In this document: positions 1-11,142 of the stretch, piece by piece | Numbering within the stretch: position 1 is the first letter of the stretch | Layout: the number at the start of each line of letters is the position of its first letter | Assembly: GCF_009914755.1 (NCBI RefSeq) | Contig: NC_060938.1 | Strand: one strand, 5' to 3' | Length of the DNA stretch: 64,000 nucleotides | From: the human T2T-CHM13v2.0 reference genome, Homo sapiens | The notes under the pieces: model-generated | Seen by the model: the letters and a program-made list of their open reading frames with translations, nothing else | The model's database searches: none | What the model was told of the DNA's origin: nothing | Program-made: the position numbers and the translations under genes

Positions 1-1139
1 TCTATCAGAACAAATACAGATTTTACACATCACCGCTCGTGTTACCCTTACTCCAGTTGAATTTTGCCCTCTACACAGTATTTTTCCTTCCTGTCCTCTC
101 CCTCTTTTCCTCCAGTGTTTTTTCTTCCTCTGCTATCCCATGTCTTCCCATTCATAAAATGTGAACTTGGTTAACAGCAGAGGTGATCCTCTCATGGCCA
201 TGGCTATGGACTGTGATCTGCTGAGCAACTACAGGAAATAATGTTTGCTGGGGTGAGCTCTTCCCATAGACATAAAATTTACCCCCATGACCCTCTTTTG
301 TGATACTGCTGAGAAATTTTTCTCTCTCTAGAACATATTTTTCAAATACTTGTTCAAACTAAATATGCTTATTTTCTAAATTGTTTTCTACTAAATGATG
401 TGACAACATTTTGTACCTGTTGAGGGAAGTGAGGGGTGGGACACTAATGGCTAATTAGCAGGATAATAAAGTGTGCTTGTATCAAGAGATTTACTTAATT
501 TGGGGAGCATTGTTAAGCCATTGAAATGATATTTGTTAAGCTGTGGTCACCGTATTTGCTGATAGTTTTTTATAAGGTGGGTGGAATTCCTTACGAACAC
601 AGTTAAAGGAATAAGGATGTACTACAAAAACAGGTGCCACTGATTCACATTTTTATGGATGGTGTACATTAGACAAGGAGAGTCATTACTCACAACTATG
701 CACTACTTCATGCATGTTTCCTTGGAGCGCTTGCTCCATTTCTTAGGTCCGGAGCCTCCTGCTTCCAGGTTTTTCCACTTCAGCTGGCCGCCACCAGTTA
801 CATGTATTTTAGGCATATACTCTTCCTTCACTGTTCCCAAAAAAGGTCGGGGGAGAGGAAACTTTAATTACTCATGTAACAAACTGAAATAGAGTTAATT
901 TCCAGGGTTGCAGCTGAATTATTAGAGATTACTGTGTTATAAATGGCAAAAGAAGGGCCCCTTGCTTGTGTGGTAATGCTGTCAGGGACCCCGCGGCTGT
1001 TGGCTCAGTTCATGATATATGATACTGCTAGCATTTCAGTGCTCTCAGGGGATCTCTGGTCCTACCATAAGGTCAAGAGTTAACTACTTGTATTTTAGCT
1101 GTGTACTGCTATCAATATTGCTCCTATGGAAACCTCACT

Positions 1140-1147
1140 TGACGTCA
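1140..1147. promoter_or_regulatory. Full palindromic CRE (CREB/ATF site) in repeat-free sequence
   Basis: TGACGTCA at 1140-1147. Local CpG retention at about 725-1000. Function not shown. Confidence 0.35.
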
Positions 1148-1482
1148 TTTTTGAATCTTTGCGACTATAGTCAAGCTTTAGTAAAAGTCAATAAGGACAT
1201 TAGACTGTTGTCTATATTATTACTTGCCACTTCCTGCCAGCAATCTACCAATTCATTAGCAGAGAGTTTTGGAACTCTCGCTTGATTATTTATGCAGTCA
1301 ATAGCAAGGCTTGTCTGCATTCATAATTGTTTGATTTTATGGCCTCTTCTTTAAACAAACATTGTCTATGGTAATGTGATGCCCTGATGGATGGGAAAGG
1401 TTTTGTCTGTGAATATCATTTAGATAATTAAAAATGACAGATGAAATCGCCTGCTGTCTTGACCTGTACTTTGTTCCCTCAG

Positions 1483-1528
1483 TGATGCTGAAGAGATGCT
1501 GATTGCTGTCAATCAAAACCCATTGGAG
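1483..1528 (+). other. Candidate internal exon (46 nt)
   Basis: Acceptor cttgacctgtactttgttccctcag|; donor GAG|gtttgt (moderate). Only one frame is open (DAEEMLIAVNQNPLE). Confidence 0.2.
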
Positions 1529-2806
1529 GTTTGTAAATTCTGGCTGCTGTGAACTCTGACCCCCACTGTTGATCTGAAATAGATAATAACCTTGAAATTC
1601 TATTAGAATTTAAAAACAGTTTTACTAAAGGGGCACGGTATATATTTCTTTTCCTCCTAGAACACAGTTACTTAATATCACTCTTTACAATATCCAGAAT
1701 TAAGGTAAAATATAGTGCTTAGCAAAGCTTAACGTATCAAATGAGCAAAGATCTTATTCTATAATCCCCAAAACCTGATGAGAATTTATAGCCCCTGGCT
1801 TGTCCTATTCAGCAAAACTTCAGCTTTTGCTGCTTCACTGATTGTTAATAGCTAGAACTTTTTTAGCTAATTTTTACTAATTTTGTTGTTCAATGAATTA
1901 TTTTCATGTTAGCAGGATCTACATGTATCATTTTTCCATATTTATCCTAAACATTTTAAAAATGCTGTTTTCCCAGACCAAAAGAAATATAACAATTAGA
2001 TTTTTGAAGTCAGTTGAAATCCAAAGGCCAATTTCTATGCCCAAAGTTCTCAGCAAACATTATCAAAATCTTAGGTCAAGAGATCGATCAGGTTGATAAG
2101 TGCATTTGCCTTGCATATTGTTTTTTATCTTTACCCAGATGCTTAACATATATTCCAAAGCCCCACTGGTATTTAAAATATGCACTCAGGTAAATGGTGA
2201 TGGGAGTGGAGGAGGAAAACAAACATTTATCAATATTAGAATCATCAAACTTGCCAACAGCCAAAAACCATTAGTAAATTCTACAAGCTAGAAAATTATA
2301 ACAATTAGGCTTTAACAGTTTTTAGTACACTGGTTGTAGCAAAAGTATGTAATAGGAGCACTGCAGTAAGAGAATTGCAAATAGCGAGGATCTCTTGAAA
2401 GATAATTGAAGTAGTGTTGGTTTTTCTACTAGAGAAACTTCTTCAGAGAGTTTAATGAATTTGTGAAGGGTCATATGAAGAGTTATTATCATTGTTTTGC
2501 ATTTCGTAATCAGCAGATACTTTAAAATAATATTAGTTCTGTCAGTGCCTCAGTGACAATGGAAAATAAATATTATCATTTATTTTTGGCAGTTGATGAA
2601 AATATCAGAAGCATAGCTGTTAATTTTGAGGGTGTTTATCCAGAATGAACCATTAACTATATAAAGATTATTACTACATCATAGTTCAAGTTTTTTTTTT
2701 ACCTTGGTAAATAAATTCTTTGTAAATATCACCACTTGGGATACATTTGTTACAGCCTGATAAAAAGTTAATATACTAAATATAAACATGAATTATCTAT
2801 CTGAAG

Positions 2807-2887
2807 TATGCATACATATGTGCACGTATACATACATACATATATGCGTGTATACATACATACATGTATATATTATGTATATGTACA
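2807..2887. repeat. Imperfect (TA/CA/TG)n purine-pyrimidine alternating repeat
   Basis: gtatgcatacatatgtgcacgtatacatacatacatatatgcgtgtatacatac... Confidence 0.85.
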
Positions 2888-4547
2888 GATAGATAATTCA
2901 TGTTTATATTTAGTATATTAAATACAAATTTTAAGCCTGTTCATAAAAGCTTAACCCAGTTCCACTATTTCAATAGCTCCCTCCTTGTTCTGTCAGGTCC
3001 CCTGGGGTGGCCTAAACCTCAGACATTTTGGCATTTATTATATATTGCCTTATTAGTGCTTTCATTCATTCATTCACTCAGTCATTTATTTTTGAATTCA
3101 TTAAACAAGCATTAATTAAAGACCATTTAGGTATCAGGCACTTTCCATAGCACTAATTATTCTGCATTTCATCTTATCTCCCCAGATAAATTATAAGCAA
3201 ATGGACTTGAAGGCCCAGCGGTTCCTTCCTAGACCAGGTGCCTCCTAGTTCTGGATGAGTATCTTTGTCTCTCTTAAGTGGCTTTGCCCCCATTCCCTCC
3301 AGCCCCACCCAAAGTAGTCAGGACATCCAATTAACCTTTGACTTGGGCTTGTTTCAAGGTGTTGTGGGGAGGAAGCCTGAGAAAGGGATAGTGAAGACTT
3401 TGTGAACCTCATTGAGATAAATAGCTGACAGATAACTTTTAACCCAGATTAGCAGACTCTGGCAATATCTATAATGAAGGCTGAGTCTCAGCTCATTTGA
3501 GTTGTAAACATCACAGCCATTGCTGAATCAAGTACAAGATGATTCAACTCTCAGATTTTGATGCAAAATTCTTCTCTCTTCCCTGTGCCTTTAACATAGT
3601 CCCATTTGATTTAATGGTCCTGACTCTGAGCAGTGCTGAGGATTAAACGTGGGTGATTTCAGTTCAAGGAAAATACCTTTGTTATCTTATTTTGACCTTA
3701 AATACTACAGCGTTCTCTATTGGCTCCTCAATCCATTAAGTTTTACATGGTAGAACTATTGTTTGTTTCAGAATTTATTTATTCCACCTCTGTTAATATT
3801 TCAAGTCTATTTCACCAGGAAAAAATATCATCTAGCTGCTGAAAAATCCTCACTATTCCTGGCCATTCTATTCCTGCATGGTTCTCTATGATATCACATT
3901 CACAAATTATGCATAATCTCCTAAATACTAAGTTTCTTTATAGGGGAATTTTGTGCACATTTTAGCCAATTTCCTTTGGAATTTTTATGTTGCTTAGGAT
4001 ACAGTTGAAAGGATTTCAATTGAACTTAATACCTTATATTCATTTATATATACACTTATGTGTATATGTGTTATGTGAATATATAAGTGAATATAAGTGC
4101 AATGTGTACATATATTATATCTGTCCATGAAAACTAGCTCTAGTCTGATGGAGCATGCACAAATGCTTTATTTATGGAAATTTTATAACATATAAACATA
4201 TTCTATGATCACTTATTCCATTGTGACCTTCTTTATATGCTTTAGACCTTCCCTGTGTCATATGATATAGACACAAATATAAAATGGTGGTGGCATTATT
4301 ATAACAGATTTTCACAGTTTAAGGGGCCTGTCTATCAAATCCATGGGGAATGGTGAGTTTGGTGCTGAATTAAGAAGGCTCTTTCTTAGCTTTGTAAATC
4401 AATTGTAATAATGACACCTAAGAGGCCAGTTTGGGCCAAATTCATACCAGTCACAGATCCAAAATCTCCCCTTGACTTGGTTCTCTGTCTCTTAACTCCT
4501 GGAAGAGAGGCTTATAATTGCAGCTCTGCAGAAAGATTGAGTTTCCA

Positions 4548-4782
4548 CTAATAACTTGTTAAGCACTTACTAAGTACTAAGCCACAATACTAGGCACTTT
4601 GAAACAGACACTATCTCATTTGTTCTGTGTTGATAATTATTATTTCTGTTATTTATATGGAGAAACTGAAGTTCAGAGAATTTACGCCATTTGCCCCAAG
4701 TCCCACAGTTACCAAGCCACAAAGCTGGAGTTCTAGTTTAATTTTCTGAATCTAAATCCAGGGTTCTTTATGCTACTGTACA
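4548..4782 (-). mobile_element. MIR SINE
   Basis: MIR core ggagaaactgaagttcagagaa...tttgccccaagtcccacag, preceded by taagcacttactaagt. Confidence 0.75.
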
Positions 4783-4879
4783 GTACTTCTTGGTGGCTCT
4801 ATTACACCAATGCTTTATTCTAATTAGTCAATTGCATGAGGTTAATGATAAGAATTTCTTATTGTTGCTAATAGTTTCC

Positions 4880-5092
4880 ATTGCACTATGTGCACTATAT
4901 GCACCAAGTTTTATACTGTGTGGACTTATTTCAGTTGGTTCTCCCAAGACATGTAGGAGACAGGTATTATCTACATTTTGGGGATGAGAAAACCGATGTA
5001 TGGAAAGTAACACATCTAAACTACAGTGTCCTAGCCCGAATTCAAATCCAGCTGTGCCTCCAGCCACAGCTCATGCTTTTGACCACTGCGCT
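4880..5092 (-). mobile_element. MIR SINE
   Basis: ggtattatctacattttggggatgagaaaaccga...gaattcaaatccag...catgcttttgaccactg. Confidence 0.7.
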
Positions 5093-6622
5093 CTGAGTAG
5101 CAGCACATACACAGCAGAGAAGGCACTTGATCGGATGCTTTTGATGCCAGCTCTAAGAGCATCCAGTTCTACACAGATCAGAAATAGACACATAGGTCCT
5201 CTGGTTATTTAACTGAATTCAGTCCATTTGGGGCGTAATTTTTGTTTGGCTTCATTTTACTAAGTTCAGCCAAACTGATTTATATGAAGCCTCCAATTAT
5301 CTTTTCAGTACACCAATGCCAAAAATTTTGTTAGGGAAACATTCTTCTCCTTTCTCCCTCTCAGGGAGAGATGATTAAGAAAAATCAAGTTCTAGTGGCA
5401 GCTGGGTCTTAGAGAGAAGGTTTTTCCTACCTGATTATCCAGTTGTTTTGGGGATGGCAGTTCACACTGCTTGGAGCAGAGTCTAATTTCCCGAAGATTA
5501 ATAATATTAAAGAAAGTTAAATGAAGCAAACAGCATGCCACACTGTGCAGAGCCCCAGTCAGAACCACACTGCCCAATTCCCTTCTGCTATTGGGAAGAT
5601 AATTACTGAATCTTTGTTCCTGTGAAGTAAATGAATTTTGAATCCTCTGTATGTTTAATTATCCAAAATTGAACCTTTGTTATTTTCCTTTAAAAAAAAA
5701 AAAAAAAAGTACAGGTAAAACCCAGTGATATATTCTGAGCACTAATTACTTCCCCAAATCTCATCACTGTTTTAACTTTTTCTTAGTAATATGTCCTAAG
5801 AGTTATCTGGATTTATTAACATGCTTTTGTATGATGGATAGATAACAAGGATGTTTATTTTGCCAATCTACTTCTTGGTTAAGGTTGACTTTGTCTCTAA
5901 ATGTACTCTGGCCCTAAATAAGTACAGATTTTTAAAGATATGTGACATAAGTCTAAAAGAGTAAATCTATAAAATATTGAAATTATGTTTTTCCATGAAA
6001 AGTGCTCATCTATTCTTTGGAAATGAAATTTTACTGCTTCAGTTATCCCCACATAGTAAGAAAATGCTGATTGTTGATTTTGAAGAGATTAAGTTGGTTT
6101 TGAATTACCAAAATTTATTTAAAACACATAAACTCTCTATTTGAGTACAAAGTCATTTTTTTTTATTCTAAGGGGCTCCTGAGGTTATATTTTGCTACAA
6201 TATGAAAATTAATTGTGACAATAAAGGCCATGATTACAAGCCTTTCACACTTTCCCACTGTGACAATTAGCTCCCAATGGTTAGACCATTTATTTATGAG
6301 AACATTAAGAGTTCGAGCCGTCTTGACATGTAACTGAAAATGGACTATTATTGAGGTTGGTTATGAACCCAAAGGACACACCATAATGTGCTTTATTGGT
6401 TGAAGAAAATCGTACATTTTAGGGTAATATAGCTGGGTTGCTTCTAATGATTTCAGAAGCATTGCTGTAAAAGGTATCTTAACAGGTGACTCTTCTCTAA
6501 ACTCTGTCACATACACTTGCTTTTCATTAGTGAGAATGAACTTTTAAAATAAGTGTATTGTTCATGGAGAGAGTCTGACATTACAGGCAGCATGATCAAA
6601 GTGATCATTTTTTTTTCTTAAG

Positions 6623-6657
6623 GAACATGGAGTGCTTGCCTCTTCCGGTAGAACAAG
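6623..6657 (+). other. Candidate microexon (35 nt)
   Basis: Acceptor catttttttttcttaag|; strong donor AAG|gtaagg; ctgac branch-like motif about 45 nt upstream. Confidence 0.35.
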
Positions 6658-7083
6658 GTAAGGCAGATGTCCCTGAAAGTATGCAGGCTGTTTCCTAAAG
6701 AGCAACAAGGAGAATGAGGAAAAAGCCTCCATTAAACTTTCAAAGAGACATATGTTTCAAACAGACTTGTTCAGCACTTACTCCCTCTGTAAAAGTGTGG
6801 GAACTCTATAGATGCCTCTTTCCTGTGGATAGAAGACCACTGCATGCCACAAGGAAGTAAACATTACAGAGATCAACAATTCATTTACTAAGTCCTTTCT
6901 ACAATATTGTCCTGAACCCTTGATTAGTTGTAGATGAAGCTGGGTTTTTTTTTTTTCTTTATGCCACAGAAATAAGCCATTTCCTTTCCTTTCTACGTGG
7001 TTATTTTTACGTATTGTGATTTTTAATCTCACTACTCTTAGGTCAAGGAGCTTTCTTTATATTTAATGTAACTCTAATATTCA

Positions 7084-7300
7084 AAGACAATATGAGTAGT
7101 GTTTAAGAGTGTGGATTCTGGACTCTGATTTCATTTAAAATTCAATACCAGACTCAACTGTTAATTAGCTGTGTGATCTTGAGCAAGTTGCTTTAACTCT
7201 GTACTTCGGTTTCCTCAACTGAAAAACAGAAACAAAACTCATATTTACCAGACACATAATCAATGCACTGTACACATTATCTCACTAGCTGCTATTATAA
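7084..7300 (+). mobile_element. MIR SINE
   Basis: tagtgtttaagagtgtggattctgg...tagctgtgtgatcttgagcaagttgcttt...ggtttcctcaactgaaaa. Confidence 0.8.
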
Positions 7301-8034
7301 TAATTTTTTTACCCAAAACAATAGCTTTGGCTACTTAAGAAGTTTTTGAGGCTTATCAGCCAAAAATGTATTTACAGCTTCTGATAATTAAATGTTACTT
7401 ATTATTTTCCTTCATCTTTTAACATTGTATAAGAATTTTCCTTACATTTTTAAAGATGCTTTTCAAGTTCATTTTATACTAAGTGCCTTTTTAAATTCAT
7501 CATACACACTTGTGATTAAAGGGATTAGAGAAATACCCACATCTATGCACTTATAAACCCCAGAAATAATATTTGAATTCCAAGCAAAGAAAATATCTTA
7601 AGGGACATAATAGCAAGTGTTCACCTGCAAGTGTGGAAATTTTGCTCACACCTTGTCCTCATGGAAAATTTAAGTCAAGTTCTGACTTGTTAGGGCCATA
7701 GAGAGAAAGAGTAAAAAAATTTTCTGGCACTTTATGGGTTTCTTTAAAATCTCAATTCTCACAGCATTAACTAAAGGCGAAGACTGGTGGTTGGTCAGAA
7801 AATTAGAGGTATAGTCTTGCTGTGAAATTGTTCTGCCAGATAAATTAATGGACCTAATTAACAAAATATAAACAGTTCTAGGAATAATATAGACCAGAAT
7901 TTAGATAAACAACATAACCAGGGACATTTAGTTCAATGAGAAGACAGTCAGTCCAACTCTGAAGGCTTCTTGCCTTTCCTGGACAATTCATTTTCAGTGG
8001 CATTTGGAAACATTTTAAACTAAATAAGATGAGT

Positions 8035-8113
8035 GGTAGTGGGAGTAGTAGGGGGGCGTGGTGGCAGTGGTGGTGGTGGTGGTATTGGTATTGATGGTGT
8101 GTGTATGTGTGTT
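8035..8113 (+). repeat. Low-complexity (GGT)n/(GT)n tract
   Basis: gtggtggcagtggtggtggtggtggtattggtattgatggtgtgtgtatgtgtgt. It produces the His-rich minus ORF 7878-8120. Confidence 0.8.
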
Positions 8114-8789
8114 TGCCCATAGAAAAAATTATCCCACCAAGTATTTCAGACCTACCTAGGATTTCAGTTTCATTAAAGTTGACTTGGGTTAGAAACCAAC
8201 TTACATACTTTTTGTCTTTTTTTTTTACAGTTCTTTTCTCTTCACTTGAAAAGTGATTCCCAAGTGGAAAGGAGTAGCCGTGTTAGATTTCATACATATT
8301 AGATATTGCAGAATGCAAAGTTATAACAGTTCTTTTGTAGTTTGTTAGCAAGTTAGCATACTGAGGACGTTTTCAAGATGTTAGAAAATTGCCTTTTAGA
8401 AATCATTTTCCCCTTCAGAGCCTTACAAAAAACAGGCCTGTGCTGTACCTTGCAATATTTATTTAATTACAGAAAGCTGATAAGTCTGAAAATTGTATTT
8501 CCATCTTCAGGCATTGGTGGCCAAAGGCCACAGAAGAGAGTGTAGAATGGGGAATCTGCTTTCTTCTCTGAGGTGTGCTGTTACCCTGGCCAGATCACGT
8601 TTCAATCACAGATCTCAGTAACTCCAAATAGCATTTCCAGGAAGCTTTCCATATAGCCATCTTATTTCCAGGACATTGGATTTTGTATTGGCGTAGGGAA
8701 GTGTTAAATACGAGAACTTGTAATTTGGTGGGTCCTTTTCTTTTGAGAGTCTCTTAGGAAAACAATTAGTAATGTCATGCTCCTCCCAT

Positions 8790-8970
8790 TGTGGACTCTG
8801 GAGTCAGATTCCACTGGGGCCTCAGCTCAGCTGCATGCCTTTGATTGTCTTTCCTTCCTCACTGTGAACTGAGTATAATAATTGGACCTCATGTGAAAGG
8901 GAGGTGATTTTTAAAGGTTAATTGAAATAATATATAAAAACACTGTTAAGTACTTAATATTGATTACTAT
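8790..8970 (+). mobile_element. MIR SINE (degraded)
   Basis: tgtggactctggagtcaga...ttccttcctcactgtgaactgagtataata. Confidence 0.6.
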
Positions 8971-11093
8971 AAAATATATCTATTCATTTTATTACCATTA
9001 CATCTTTTTGGGTCATAACAATACCCTAAAAACACTCTTAGCGTACACTAGCTGGAAACACCACCCAGTACACTGAAGAATGAACAACTGCCTAACACCC
9101 ATCCAAAGGCCTCCATTGCTGGAGGCTCCAGCAGATCTTTGGTGGAAACATTCTTCCTAGCAGTGCAGCAGGGCACTCCAAGGATAGCGTTAACAAGGGA
9201 ACAGGCTACATTTCAAGTTAAAAATCACAGTTTTTCTAAGTTAGAGGAAAAGAAATTGTAACTTATCTTCCTGTGGCCTGGAAGAGACGACTGATGACCA
9301 AGGCATGTCCCTACAAATAGATATTCATGTTGAAAATCCATGGCCATTTTCATATCCACTATCTGCCATGCAGTCTGTTGCCCAGTAGACATTCTTGGTA
9401 CAAAGTCCTTCTATGGGTCTGATTTACATATCTCATGACAACTGAGTTTATTTCTGCTTTCCTGACACCTGAGGTACCTTTCAAAAGCAACATTTGCTCA
9501 GTTTGTGGTGTCCTTTTGTGCCCCAAGCTCTTCAGAGGCATTTTTCAATTAATCTGAAAAATCCCATTTGAATTATCAAGGATAAATTGATACTTTTCCT
9601 CAATCTCTTCAGTGTCAAAGTGAGACTTGAAATAATGTGACCACTGAGAAATGGGTTGGAAAAGCGGTACTTTTTGGATCTGGACAAACTCTAGCCCTCC
9701 TTTCAGGAGGTGCTTCTCTAACTCGGATGAATTGAATGGTGTGAGGGACATCATCTGACCCTTACCTTCTGTTATTCTGGCTCTGGACTTGGCTGGCAGG
9801 CCTGAAGAGTCACCAGCAGGCTCTCCTGTGAGCTGAGAACATCTCCTCATCCTCTGTGGTGCCTCCACCAGACTTTCAGATCAGAAAGTGAAAAAGCTTA
9901 AGCATCAACTAAATGGTCTCTGCTGTGGGGTCCTCCAACTCCACCACCCTCAGGAGGGACAGCCAGTTTTTCACAACTCTGTCATCACCCTATAGTTCTT
10001 ATTTTTATTCAGGTATGCTTTCCCTCAATGGGAATTTATCACATGCCTTCTGTGTGCCTAAGTGCTGGCTGTAGAGGCCTTGGGCACTGGCCCAGAGCCC
10101 CTTGAGTCTATCACTACAGAGAGGCACTGTTTTTCTGACAAGGACTACTAAGCATTTGTTCATGTATGTCAGCTCAGTGAATGATCAAGTTCCAGCAGAT
10201 AATATGTGGGAGAGAGTCCCTAGCTATCAGTATGTGGAATAATGCTGGGGAGTGGTATCTTCCATGCCTCTGTAGGTGAACATGTTTACAGTGTATGCTG
10301 ACTTGGCATTGGTAGGGGCTTAAAAATTTCTAAATCAAAGAGGAACTCTTAATGAGATCTATGAACAATAGAAAGTCACCAGATAAAACCTTCAATACCA
10401 GTTTTCATTTTTATCAGTATTGCATTTCCCTACATTTGTAACCCTATTTTTATTAAGAGATGTTTCCAAAGCCACAAAGTTTTGAAATATTACAGAGAAA
10501 GAAAATGAACTAGAAGAAAGTTTGTTTGCTCACAAGAAAGTTATAGAAAGCTTGTTGTGGTAGGTAAATAGGCATTAAAAAAAAGCATAAGAAATGTGGA
10601 TCTCATTCTCTGATGCTTAGCAGGAGGCTTGTGGTATATTTTTTTATAATCTAGGCCTAAGAAAAAATGCAATAGTACAATACATCACTGATACAACAGT
10701 CTGATAGATTATAAAATGTTTAGTGAGTGTATTTCACTTAGACGAGCAGGAACACCTGCTTCTATTATTCCTTCACTGATAAAATGGTAAATAGTTTATG
10801 TCAGACATGCAGCTTTACCTAAAGCCACATAGTTTACATGTGGGGTTGGTCATTTGAATGGAGGTACATGGGGTTTGTATTCAATTTCTTCTTTAAATGA
10901 TTCAGTAAAATAATAGGGTTATAAATGGACAGTGACATCATTTTAATCTTTATTCATTTTATCTTCTCACCCACTCTTTCCTTCTTTTGATTGCACCTCC
11001 CCCAGTATTAACTGCAGGACATACCTTCATGAATGAACTATTATTGTGGCCCACGGTAATGGTGGTGGACATCCATGTGGTCAGTCTGATGCC

Positions 11094-11142
11094 CTTTCTC
11101 TCTCTCTCTCTCTCTCTTTTATTTCCTTCCTTCCTTCCTTTT
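11094..11142 (+). repeat. (TC)n + (TTCC)n microsatellite
   Basis: Seen directly. Confidence 0.9.

Noticed and set aside
7878-8120. His-rich ORF
   Set aside because: Product of the (GGT)n/(GT)n repeat.
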